A stretch of 64,000 nucleotides of DNA from Octopus sinensis (lineage: Eukaryota): contig NC_043002.1 in the NCBI RefSeq assembly GCF_006345805.1, positions 88,040,001 through 88,104,000 of the forward strand. Direction: 5' to 3'. A program made the position numbers and the translations under genes. Below are positions 28,601-42,266 of the stretch, piece by piece (the stretch's first letter is position 1; every line of letters starts with the position of its first letter). A model generated the notes under the pieces. It had not been told where the DNA came from. It ran no database searches and saw only the letters and a program-made list of their open reading frames with translations.

Positions 28601-31600
28601 AAAACTTTTAATGATAATGGAGATGATCATCATTTCATCATCATCATCATTTTAACATCCACTTTCCCATGCTTGCATGGGTAGACAAAGCATGAGTTAG
28701 ATGGAGTTTACTGAAGTAGATTTTCTATGGTCATATGTCCTCCTGTTACCAGACCCCACCGGTTTCCAAGCAAAATAATATTTCCCCATGGCCAGACATT
28801 CTCACAGAATATTAGAAATATTCTGCATGAATAACAGTAACAATCCCTTACAACAACTATGCAATGTCAGGAAAAGGGGACACAAACACACATGTATAAA
28901 TATAATGGGCTTCTTTCAGTTTCCATCTACCAAGTCCACTCATGAGGCTTTGATTGGCATAGGGCTATAGTACAAAATATCTGCTTAAAGTTTCATACAC
29001 TGGAGCCAAACCTAAAAGCAGCGCTAATATATATAAATATATATGTGCATACTAATAGTTTCTGAGGAGCATATGCACATCTACATTGTCAGATGTATGT
29101 GTGTGAGTGTGTATGTATATATTAAAAGCATCCAGTCCACACTGTAACGTGGTTGGTGTTAGGAAGGGCATCCAGCTGTAAAAATCATGCCAAAACTAAC
29201 CTCGCCTGTGCTAGTGCCACGTAAAAAGCACTGAGTCCACTCTGCACATCCAGCCTTAAAATCCTTGCCAAAACAGACACAGTAGCCTAGGGTAGTTTTT
29301 CTACCTGGCCGGCTCCTGTCAACCATCTCTCTCTCTCTCACCCTTTTTCTCTTTTACTCTCTATCCTTGCTCACACGTGACCATCATCCGTCTTTCTTTT
29401 CCTGCATGACATCCTAAGGACTGGACGTCTTCTATCTCTCTCTTCTGTCTTTTCTCTTTTCAAAGAAAATATTTCTCCCAGCATTCACTATTTTCCCCTC
29501 GTTCTGGTCTAACGACTCTCCATGTTTGTTTCCATTCAGTTTCCTTTTATGTCTCCTCTCTCCTGTTTTTGTTCCCAACTTTGACCGTCCATAAATCCAA
29601 AATCTTATTTTGGAAGTTATGGGAGCAACTGTCTTTGAAGACTCATATTGTAGTTGAATGCTCGAAATGAGCAGACAACTGATGAAGGGTCATTCTTTGT
29701 ATTACTCATCATGTTGTCAATTTTTTTCTCTCATTGTTTGCGTATTTAACTCATTTGTTTTTGTACTTCATGTTGTTTACAGTTACAGATGTCCTGTACC
29801 CATATATGCAAATATAGATATATATATATACACACACATATATATATATATATGAAGAGAGAGAGATATGAGGAGTTTTTGTCAGAATGACTCAAACTAA
29901 TAGGTATACATTCTGAGTGCTCAAATAGGTGTGCCACCAAAATTCCACTTTGAATAGCAGTAAAAGTTGTGGTTATGTGATTGTCTTGTTCGAAATAGCT
30001 AAAGGTGGTTTCCCTTTCAGTCAGTAAGTGTAGGTTAAAGTAGTGAGGAAAGGCAAACAATTAAGCAAGGCACAAGAACATTGAATTCCATCTAAATTTA
30101 ACCTTGCCTAATAGCTTATTTTTTCTCACTACTTTAATCTGTATGTGTGAGAGAGAGAGAGAGATTCAGTCTCTCTTCTATCCATCCTCATAGTCATGTT
30201 CAACTTGGATAAATGAAGGTAATATAGAAGAAAAGACTGCTGCTGCTGCTATATTAAAATGTACTGACTATCACACTCACAGACAATCATTAACATCACC
30301 TTGGATCTCTTTTTCTCTCAGTCCTGAACAACTAGCAGTACATTTTGCATTTTCTGTATAGCCAGATCCACCAGTGAATGTACTCTTAGGTCACTCATAT
30401 GTAGGCTCTCTCCTTCAAGAAAGTTGGTGAAATTAATATTATCTCCTTGACATCAGTAAAGCTTTCAACCAAGTCTGGCAAGCAAATCACCCACCAAAAC
30501 TGAGACCTATAGGTTCCACCTGCATCTCATCACTTGGATCAATAGCTTCCTATTAGACTTAACATAGCTAGGACTACATTCCAAACACTGATCCTTTTCT
30601 GCAGGGCTAGAACATTCTTCAACCCCAACAATTATTGTCACTCTGTAAAACTCGTGTTATATTAAACATTTATATAATTACTGCAGATAAGTTTATAACT
30701 TATTTTACAATCAAATTTTATCGCTCTGTGCACACAAAGAGCAGAGATTTTCCCACTATAGATAATTCAAGAACATACACTCTTAAAATGTTATCACACA
30801 TATGTAAAGATAATCAGTTCAAAATAGTACTTACTCATTGCTCTCCTCTGCATCGATATCATCAACTTCATATTTACCAGTAGCTGGAGTATAGGAAGAT
30901 ATTTCAGCTAAGATCCAATTCTCTTCTTCTCCATCTTGACCCTTAACTCTGGCAGCAACTTTGTCACCGGTTTTGCCCACATAATTAGCATCTGCTGGAA
31001 CTGCTCCACATAGTGGAGGAGGCCTAAAAGGCGGACAAAATAGGATGCATTATAAACAAATATAGTACTGATTTCAATTTTTGGCACAAGGCCAGCAATT
31101 TCATGGAAGAGGTGGGCTGATTAGATCAACCCAAGTGATCAACTGGTACTTATTTTATCAACCCTGAAAGGATAAAAGGCAAACTCAACCATGGCAGAAT
31201 TTGAACTCAGAACATAAAAACAGACAAAATGTTGCAAAGCATTCTGCCCAGTATGTTAACAATTCTGCCAGCTCATTGCCTTATAAACAAATATAATATC
31301 AATAATTGTTCATAATAAAAATCCTCTTTTGATTTTGATTCCTAGATAATAATAATCTAAACTAAATTAAAACATTCATACTTCATATTCATCAATACAT
31401 TTACAAACTTGAAAAAATATGCAAATATCCTAAGCCCTATCTATACTACTCTGTTGATGGATAGCTCAACCTGATCCATGACAACAGAAAGCTTACTGAT
31501 AATAATCACATCATTTATTTACTTTAAAATTCTTCATAAGAGAAAAAAAATCTGTCCTGTCTTTTCTATCACAATTATATATTTCTTTACTACCCACAAG

Positions 31601-34600
31601 GGGCTAAACATAGAGGGGACAAACAAGGACAGATAAAGAGATGAAGTCGATTACATCGACCCCAGTGCGTAACTGGTACTTATTTAATCGACCCCGAAAG
31701 GATGAAAGGCAAAGTCGACCTTGGCGGCATTTGAACACAGAACGCAACGGCAGACGAAATACGGCTACGCATTTCGCCCGGCGTGCTAACGTTTCTGCCA
31801 GCTCGCCACCTTAATATCACAATTATAATGACCTCTGCCCCTCAGAGCTGGTTGGTGTCATAAATCCACCAATCAGACAGCCCATATTCACCCAGCTTTC
31901 CACCTTTCATTACCCTTGTTGTATCCAACTCGTTCTCAACACTCAAATTACTCTGTCCAGTCCTTTCTCCCCAAGATTTCAACCCTCTGGAATTTTCTTC
32001 CCATTCATATCTTTCTTATAGATGTTACCTGGCAACATTTTAAACAGAACATTGATAGCATCAAATCCTCCAGTCTCAGAGAACCTGCTCCTTCATCATT
32101 ATCATTTTAATGTCCACTTATTCATGCTTGCATCGGTTGGACAGAATTTGTTGAAGCACATTTTTCTATAGCCAGATGTGGAGGCACATGGCCTAGTGGT
32201 TACAGCAGTGGACTCACGGTCGAGGGATCACTGGTTCGAATCTCAGACCGAGTGATGTGTGTGTTTATGAGTGAAACACCTAAGCTCCATGCGGATCCGG
32301 CAGAAGGTAATGGCGAACTTCTGCTGACTCTTTCACCCAAACTTTCTCTCACTCTTTCCTCCTGCATCTTGCAGCTCACCTGCAATGGACCGGCGTCCTA
32401 TCCAGGTGGGGAACCTATATGCCAAGAAACCGGGAAACCGGCCCTTATGAGCCAGGCATGGCTCGAGAAGGAACAACAACAACAAAATAGCCAGATGCCC
32501 TTCCTGTCACCAACTCTCACCCATTTACAAAGCAATATTTCCTCATGACCAAACAGGTTTCCATGCAAGACTGTAAACAAAGGATACAGTCTGCATGTCA
32601 GTGACACCCGTTTACAACAATCACATGAAGTCAAGACAAGGAGACAGTAGCAAACAAACACACACACACACACCAGGCTTCTTTCAGTTTCTGTCTATCA
32701 AATCTACCCTCAAGGCTTTAGTCAGCCCAGAGCTACAGTAGATGTCATTGGCCCACACATCCACAATAACAACAATGAAATATTTACTTTTCCCCAGGTT
32801 TGCTGACCCATAAGGGTAGTGATACAGCATTCTGTTGTAGCATTGTCATAAGGACACCACGTCTGATAATTGGCTTGGGACGGTCACTATCTGTAAAGCA
32901 AAACAAACAAATACTGATTCATAAACAGCATAATCACAATAATGCTATTAATATCATATAAAATAAACAAACTACTAATTTTGTTGATTATTTCCACTAA
33001 GTTATCCTTATTGTAGGCTGTGTGGAATTTAGAGGATATTTATAATGAGAAAGGTAGTCTTACAGTTGTTTCTGGGATATTAGGGATATCCCTTCATCAG
33101 AGACTATGTGAGATGGTTAAATAAAATGAAATAGTAGAGTTCAATATAAGGAGTTATTTTGGGGAAGGATGGATGTAGGAAGTATAAATGGAAATAAGAA
33201 AATAAAAATAAAAATAGAAATATATGTAGGATGTTACAATTGCAGTTCCATTATCCAAGGAAAGAGCTGTGTAGAATGGGTAGAAATGCTTCTTGCTATA
33301 TTTGTAGTCAGGAGAGTTTCATGAATAAATGAACAAAAGAAATATATATATAAGAGAAATATATTACCAAGTTTTCCAAGTCTTCGGTTTTCTTGTATAG
33401 ATTTTATTTCAGAAATTTTATCCAAAGCTTTTCTAACTAGCCTAAAAACAAAAAAAGTGAATATATGAGCACTAAACAAAAATAGAGAAATTATAGTAAT
33501 AATTCTTTTTGCTATAAGCACAAATTCTGAAATTTTGTGGTAGGGACTAGCTGATTACATCCAGTGCTTAACTGGTACTTATTTTATCAACTCTGAAAGA
33601 ATGAAAGCAAACTGACATTAGTGGACTTTGAACTCAGAAAATAAGTCCAGAAGAGATGCCACCTTAGAAATAATAGCAATAATAAAAATAGTAACAATAA
33701 CCAATTTTGTTGAAGGATAGGAGGTATTGAGATCAATAGGGGAATATTTCAGATTCATTAGTTATTCCCTTTGCCCTTTGTGATATGTATGATATCTAAA
33801 GGCAATCAGCATAAAGTAAACACATTTTGGGAGTGGGAAGAGGAGGTTTCTAGGGAACATGAAGATGTCACAGATGCTTTAATCCAAGCAATACATGGAT
33901 TTAATAGTATTTGGGACTAAAAATCAAAATTTCCAGAAAGAAGCACAGCATGGCAGTAATAGGATACAATTAATGAGAAGTAACAGTATGTAAGGAAATA
34001 ACATGCATAAATAGTGAAGGCTTATAAACATTTACGAAGAACTATACATAAGTTAAAGAAAATTGATAAGAAGGAAGATTTAAGAAAGGAATAATTCAGA
34101 CAGATGAAATTAATTTTCTGAGATAGTAAAACTAAATAAACTACATAAAACATTGGTTTTTTCTGAGGCATACTGGAGGAATAAAATGGAATAACCAACA
34201 GTTGTAGTATAAACAGGATCTGCTGTAGATTAGGGTTGAGTGTTATTCAATTAGAAAGAATGTATACAGTGTAAAGAAAATAGTGTAATATGGTATCATC
34301 ATTTAACATCTGTCTTCCATGCTAGCATGGGCGGGACAGTACCACAAGAGCCAGCCAAGGCCAAAGCCTGCACCAGACTGCTGTGGCTGTTTTGGCAAGA
34401 TTTTACAGCTGGATGCCCTTCCTAACACCATCCACTCAGAAAAGTGGATTTAGTGCTTTTTACATGGCACAAGTAGAGGCACAAATACAGGCAAGGTGAG
34501 TAGTGCTTTTTACGTGGCACAAGCATGGGCGAGGTCAGTTTTAGCAAGGTTTTTATAGCTGGATGCCCTTCCAAACACCAACTACTTTACAGTGTGGACT

Positions 34601-37600
34601 GGGTGCTTTTAAGTGGCACCTGCACTGACATGGTCACCAAGTACTTGCAGACTACTGTTGAATGAAATTAGTGAAACTACTGAACAAGGCATGACATGAA
34701 TTAACAAACATATCACTAGAAAAGAGAGATCTAGCAACAGAAAATGTTTGACAGGATTTTTTAAAAAGAAAAGGGGCAGAAGGTTTGTAAGGCCTAAAAG
34801 CCATATACATAGGCATAGTCAACAAGGAGTTCAGAAATGAATTTAGCATTTATGAGGGTTCAATCCAGTCTCAGTTCTAAGCCTTTTCTTGTTTATTATG
34901 CACCCCCTCCCAAGCTATAACAGAAAAGCCAGACCAGCCAGCCATAGGAATTCTGTATGTTGATGACTTACTGCATTTATTCAAATGCGATGTAATCTCA
35001 AACATCCTTACTTTTTGTAATTAAAAGTCAATAACATATTTTATTCTCTTATGTCTGATCTCTGAGTACGGTGATGATTATTTATGCTTTTAAGAAACCA
35101 TTGTAATACTATATATAAAACCCGATAAAACTAAAATAACTAAAACACAGATATTAAAAATTTCCTGTTTTTACTCAGTAATTTTGACTTAAATACTATA
35201 GTGTAACAGGTTAAAAAAGGTCATTATTCATAAAATTAGTTATCTTTCAAAAAGCATTCATCATGTGATTCTTCAAATAACTCCAGCTATTCTTCTTGAT
35301 TTAGCTTTTCCTCAGTTTCTCATTCTATCACTTCATCATTATCTTCATCTAAACTTGCATTGATGTCTGTAGTTGTATCCTGATCATTCCACAACAGGTT
35401 AGCTTTTATTCCATCCAAATTATTACAAATGTCAGTCTTCAAAAAACTGAAAGGAAGGCCAGGCTTTTTTTGAGATTACCTCCTGGTGTTTTGTCCACTT
35501 CATCTAATGATGTCCGTGATTATCAAGTACTTTCTCTAATTTCTCTGCTAAATGGCTCGTTGAAAACAATATCAGGATGTTCAAACGCTTCTCAAAAAAC
35601 ATGCGATCATAGTGTGTTGAGTTTTCATCTTCTTCAAATAGTAATTCATTGACCCAATTAGATCACTGCTAAAAAGATCCTACACATTGCAGGTTTCTCA
35701 AATGTTCCTTTGAAAGTGTTCCTGGTCATTTGTATCTACACTTTTCTAAATCATAAACCAATGTCTTCCCCATCCATCCTGACACCATAGGGTGGCAGTG
35801 AACAATAACTCCAGGAAGAAAATGTCCAATTTTTGGTAATGTCTTTCTTTAAAAAAATAGCCATGGAATTTCTTTGGTTCCATCAGCTAAACATAAAGCA
35901 ACAGGTAAAATAGATTGTTTGCTGTCATATCCCGTGGTTCTAACAACTTTATTCAATCCAGTGCTTTGTTCCTAGGTATATATAAAAAAAAGGGAGTGCC
36001 TCATTTGTTTTTAATTTGACTCAGTTCAAAGTCACACTGCTTTCTCAGTTTTATTATAAACTTAGAAAACTGCACAATGCTATCAACCAAATCAGAAGGA
36101 AGCTTCTGTGAATTTCTGAGAAAAACCTTAGCCACTACCCATTTTAAGATTTGAATTCTACATTTCTCAACTTTGACATTTTCTTTACTTGCAACTTAAC
36201 ATATAGTGTTGTTACAACACATTGTTTTTCTTGCCATCCACTCATTCAACTGATTCTTTGTTTTTGTTTCTGTATGAGCCTGCTTTCCTCACAATCTTTA
36301 ATACTTAGTATTTCCAACAGTTGGATTTTTGTTTTTTCAACCCAACCTAATGTCATTCTCAATAACACCAATTTCCTAAAGGTTGCACTGTTATTCTTTT
36401 TCAGCAAATTCTCTGTCTAAGTTTAAATTCCAAACTCTATGCCATATATTTCTTTTAAATATCCATTTTCTTTTTTTTTTTCATTACAAGCACATAATAT
36501 TCACATACCCATGCAAGCATGGAAGACAGACTTTAACCCTTTAGTGTTCAGATTACTCTGTCAAATATAATGCTTTTTCATTCACATTGTTTTGAAGTAA
36601 TCCTGCATTATCTTGTAGTTCTGAGAATTTGATGATGTGATGGTTTATTTTGAGGATGTCATTGCGGGATATGAGTGAGAGGCCAGATCTAGATGGTTTG
36701 AACATAAAAGAAGTAGAAAATTTGGGCCGGATGTGGCCAGTTTAGATGCTAAAGGGTTAAACAATGATGATGATTAACAACTGTAATTGGATATATTCAT
36801 TTAAACATATATTTCATAGCTATAATCAATGAAGTTTATACATTAACTATTAAACATCTTAGATCAATAATCCTTAATGTATTTGTTTTCAAATGTTAGG
36901 TATAATAGAAATATAATTATATAATAGAAATATAATTCTATAATAGAAATATAATTCCATTGCCCAATTTTGACTGATTTTCTTTTTCGTTAAATTTCCT
37001 CCATTATACATGAATAAGCATGTTAGTTCTTAATAGCTGAATTCATCTAATTGTGGTTCTGATTCATTCAGCTTTTTGGTCTAGTGTATTTTAAAAATCT
37101 CCTATTAAGTCAAAAACTTTTAAAACTTGGGTACTTTAGGTACTCGATACCTAAAATTTTATAACATGTAACACCAAAGTTTGCTACTCTATGTGAGTCA
37201 ATGCAACAGTCAGTCTATAAAAAGAACATGCAAATTTATAAAAAAAGAAAAAGCAACACTAAAAGTATGTCAATAAATTTTTAAAAAACACTAAAAGCAA
37301 AACAAAAAAAAGGATGTCTCAAAACGAAATATTTGAAGAAAAGACTGAAAGATATCATTGTTACTTCATGCAGAAATGTCAAAGAACAGGCAGCTGTCAA
37401 TTTTACAACTATTTATCTGTCTGTTATAGCAAATAATTTGAAACCAATTTACTGATTCCAGTACTTAGTTCTAAAATTGTGTTTAAGGGGAAGTTTATTC
37501 CAAATGTCATCTGATCCATTTGTAAGGTATTACTAATAAATTAGGCCAGTTGACAATGTGGTATGTCAGAACATGGAATAATATCATTCAACAGAAATAA

Positions 37601-40290
37601 GTTTTATTGGCCAACTAATAAATATGAACATTTCATTGTAAATTCCTAAATAAGTGGCTACTCCTTACATTTCACGATACCATTTTACGTTGCTATATAA
37701 GACAATACAATACAAAAAAATTAACTCCAACAGAAAGGAAAAGAATATATATAGAACCTCTTAATAATTATTCAAGAATGTGAAAAAAATCTAGAAATAT
37801 TATCTTACATCAAAAATACTGTATAAAGGAAATATAGAAAATATTGCTTTATAGGAGTAAAATAGGCAGATCACTTTTTTTTTCATAGCTTAGAGGGGAA
37901 AGACTAGTGCTCGTTAACAGCTTAGGAGATTCAAATCCCATATGAAAAAGGAAGGGAGTAATCCTCAGGCTAGAGATCTACCTTGAATTCTTGCAACCAA
38001 GTGGAATCTACAAAAGGTACTCATGGGTGAGATGATGGTGTTAAATTCAGCAGCAAATTAATTCTACTTCTAGAAATGGTCGAGAAAAAAAATGTAGATT
38101 TATATTTCAGGATCTCAACAAACTACTTGGGGTCTTTTCGGTTTGAACAGCAGTTTTTTCTAGTGGTGTCATATGAAATTGTCACCCATAATTATGACCC
38201 TAGTATCGATCTATTGCATTTCAATCTGTTTTAGAGTTAGGGTTAGTTAGGGTTAGGGGTGGGGAAGGGTATCTTTTTTTCTTCACAAATGTAAATAAAC
38301 CCAATCTGTTTCTTAAACAAGAGACATATTCATACGGCACAGAATGTTTTTTTACCTCAATAGACGCATTTGATTGGTTGAAATTGCAGAAATTGAAAAA
38401 CAAAACAACAAATATCTTACAAACTATAGAATTTTCTCAATAAAGCCAAGAGAAAAAGATGTTTTATAAACACATTCTACCAGTATACGAAGTTTAAAAT
38501 TTTTTAGTTACCTAGAAATTATGTTTAAAAACTGCTGTTAAAACTGAAAAGATCCACTACTTGTAACAACTATTAACTGAGTAGGTTGCATTAAATAAGA
38601 ATAATGTCATGCATAACTAGTGTTAAGGGTAAAATCTGGAATCTGGGAAAATTGGTGATGGCTTGTGTAAACAACAATTACAACACAGGAGACTGAAAAA
38701 TTCAATAAAGAATGAAGACTCTAAACATGCCGACCCTTACCCTTCGTTCGAGAATGAGGAAGAGACAGTTTGAGATGTTGTAGATTGGGTTGTAGACAAT
38801 TAAACTACTGTTAATACATGCAATGAAAGACATTATGGAAAGAATAAATAGAAACTTATACAATGACACTTACTCAGCTTCTGCTTCAGCATCCTGCATG
38901 GCTGTGTTATATAAACCTCGTAGTTTATTTTTGTAGTAAGGCGTGACTGAAAAAGTAAGTAACTAATGCAGTTAACAGTGTTTAAAATTAATTTTTAATT
39001 ACACATACAGCTGCAATACTTCAAATTCAACCAGTTACCATAACAGTTATAGAAATATGCTGCCTATGTTTCTGATTTAATTTTGAAGATAATCAAGAAT
39101 TCAGAGAGATTTAGTCATTATTAAGCTGGTATTTGGAATATGATGAAAAAAATTCTGGATGAAATGATGATAAAGGATCTTCAGACATTGAGCCTCACAG
39201 AGGGGATGATAGGGGACCAAAACTCCTGGAGGTTTGCTGTGCCTGAGAAGACAAGTCAAGCAAAGTAAAAGCATGGTTGTCCTTGCATACAGGTATGTCC
39301 ACTGCATCCCTCTTCAGCTGGGTGTTTCTAATCTTGTGGGTTCATGGGTGCTGGTGTCACAAAAAAGCACCTGTACTGGTGCCACATAAAAGCACCCAAT
39401 AAATTCTGCAAAGTGGTTGGCATTAAGAAGGGCATCCAGCTGAAGAAACCATACCAAAACAGACATGCAGCCCAGGCAGCTCTTCAGTTGACCAGCTCCT
39501 GTCAAACAGTATAACCCAAGCCAACATGGAGAACAGACATTAAATGATGATGATGATGAAAATTATAATGGACAGTTTTCAATTTAAATCTCAACTATTA
39601 TTGCTCAACACAGTGTAGACTTTGTTGGCCATTACCTATTTCTTTACTACCCACAAGGGGCTAAACACAGAGAGAACAAACAAGGACAGACAAATGGATT
39701 AAGTCGATTACACCGACCCCAGTGCGTAACTGGTACTTAATTCATCGACCCCGAAAGGATGAAAGGCAAAGTCGACCTCGGCGGAATTTGAACTGAGAAC
39801 GTAACAGCAGACGAAATATGGCTACGCATTTCGCCCGGCGTGCTAACATTTCTTCCAGCTCGCCGCCTTTGTTGGCCACTACCATCATGCTAAATAACAG
39901 ATCATATCATGTTATGATATACACCCAAATAGAAGACAAACACCACTCAACATTGATGTTATGACAAGAACACACAACATGAAATTGAGGATCTACCAAA
40001 GCTGATGAGGGACAAAAGGTTCTGGTACAGCATTGTGCGATGTGTTTCATTCATGATAACTTGTGGAGAATTTACTCTTTTACTTGTTTCAGTCATTTGA
40101 CTGCGGCCATACTGGAGCACCGCTTTTAGTCGAGCAAATCGACCCCGGGACTTATTCTTTGAAAGCCCAGTACTAATTCTATCGGTCTCTTTTGCCGAAC
40201 CGCTAAGTGATGGGGAAGTAAACACACCAGCATCGGTTGTCAAGCAATGCTAGGGGGACAAACACAGACACACAAACATATATACACACA

Positions 40291-40338
<48 letters not shown>

Positions 40339-42233
40339 TACGACAGGCTTCTTTCAGTTTCCGTCTACCAAATCCACTCACAAGGCATTGGTCAGCCCAG
40401 GGCTATAGCAGAAGACACTTGCCCAAGATGCCACGCAGTGGGACTGAACCCGGAACCATGTGGTTGGTAAGCAAGCAACTTACCACACAGCAACTCCTGT
40501 GCCTAATTTAAATATAAACATTTTAAAACAGGTGTATCAAAGAAAAAGAAGTGATCGCAGGTGAATTGGTAGCAGAAGGGTTGAAAAAAAGAAACAGCTG
40601 TCTGAAGCATTCATTTAGTGTAAGAAGAACTGACACTTGCATGAAACAGCTAATGTTTTCATAGAGTAAAAAAAACAAATACTTACATGAAATAGCTAAT
40701 GCTGCTTTAGCTTCCCCTTTTGTTGTGACTGGATTGTCTGCAAAGAAAGAGAAAGCTCTAGTTAGTTGACTCACAGTGTCATAGGAAGGAAATCTTATCA
40801 AGAGCATTAAGTAATTTCAGATTGAATAATTAAATGACTTCAAGTGAAGTTTATAACTTTTATATGTTTCTTTATTACCCACAAGGGGCTAAACATAGAG
40901 GGGACAAACAAAGACAGACAAACGGATTAAGTCGATTACATCGACCCCACTGCGTAACTGGTACTTAATTTTATCGACCCCTAAAGGATGAAAGGCAAAG
41001 TCGACCTCGGCGGAATTTGAACTCCGTACGTAACAGCAGACGAAATACGGCTACGCATTTCACCCGGCGTGCTAACGGTTCTGCCTGCTCATCGCCTTTA
41101 TAACTTGTAAAATGTAAAATGTTTTGATTATACAAACAAAGAATATAGAACAAGTCTTACTCCGCTGTTCCTGCTGCATTCTTTCATGAGTTTTGGAAAT
41201 ATTAGATAAATTATGTTCACCACGTGCACGCTCCTCCTACAAATGGACAAAAGAGACAATAAGGAACAACATATATATATATATATATTATATATATATA
41301 TACATATATACGACAGGCTTCTTTCAGTTTCCGTCTACCAAATCCACTCACAAGGCATTGGTCAGCCCAGGGCTATAGCAGAAGACACTTGCCCAAGATG
41401 CCACGCAGTGGGACTGAACCCGGAACCATGTGGTTGGTAAGCAAGCAACTTACCACACAGCAACTCCTGTGCCTAATTTAAATATAAACATTTTAAAACA
41501 GGTGTATCAAAGAAAAAGAAGTGATCGCAGGTGAATTGGTAGCAGAAGGGTTGAAAAAAAGAAACAGCTGTCTGAAGCATTCATTTAGTGTAAGAAGAAC
41601 TGACACTTGCATGAAACAGCTAATGTTTTCATAGAGTAAAAAAAACAAATACTTACATGAAATAGCTAATGCTGCTTTAGCTTCCCCTTTTGTTGTGACT
41701 GGATTGTCTGCAAAGAAAGAGAAAGCTCTAGTTAGTTGACTCACAGTGTCATAGGAAGGAAATCTTATCAAGAGCATTAAGTAATTTCAGATTGAATAAT
41801 TAAATGACTTCAAGTGAAGTTTATAACTTTTATATGTTTCTTTATTACCCACAAGGGGCTAAACATAGAGGGGACAAACAAAGACAGACAAACGGATTAA
41901 GTCGATTACATCGACCCCACTGCGTAACTGGTACTTAATTTTATCGACCCCTAAAGGATGAAAGGCAAGTCGACCTCGGCGGAATTTGAACTCCGTACGT
42001 AACAGCAGACGAAATACGGCTACGCATTTCACCCGGCGTGCTAACGGTTCTGCCTGCTCATCGCCTTTATAACTTGTAAAATGTAAAATGTTTTGATTAT
42101 ACAAACAAAGAATATAGAACAAGTCTTACTCCGCTGTTCCTGCTGCATTCTTTCATGAGTTTTGGAAATATTAGATAAATTATGTTCACCACGTGCACGC
42201 TCCTCCTACAAATGGACAAAAGAGACAATAAGG

Positions 42234-42266
<33 letters not shown>

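Larger units (their letters stand above)
40331..42239. repeat. Tandem duplication of ~970 bp (40331-41270 / 41301-42239) bounded by (TA)n tracts
   Basis: Copies appear identical except one A indel (ggcaaagtc vs ggcaagtc); each holds a SINE-B head, a SINE-A and two SGF29 exons. Confidence 0.95.

Noticed and set aside
33700-34230. Possible Penelope RT/GIY-YIG fossil near the intronic hammerhead
   Set aside because: Only a weak resemblance in one frame and separated from the hammerhead by an SGF29 exon.
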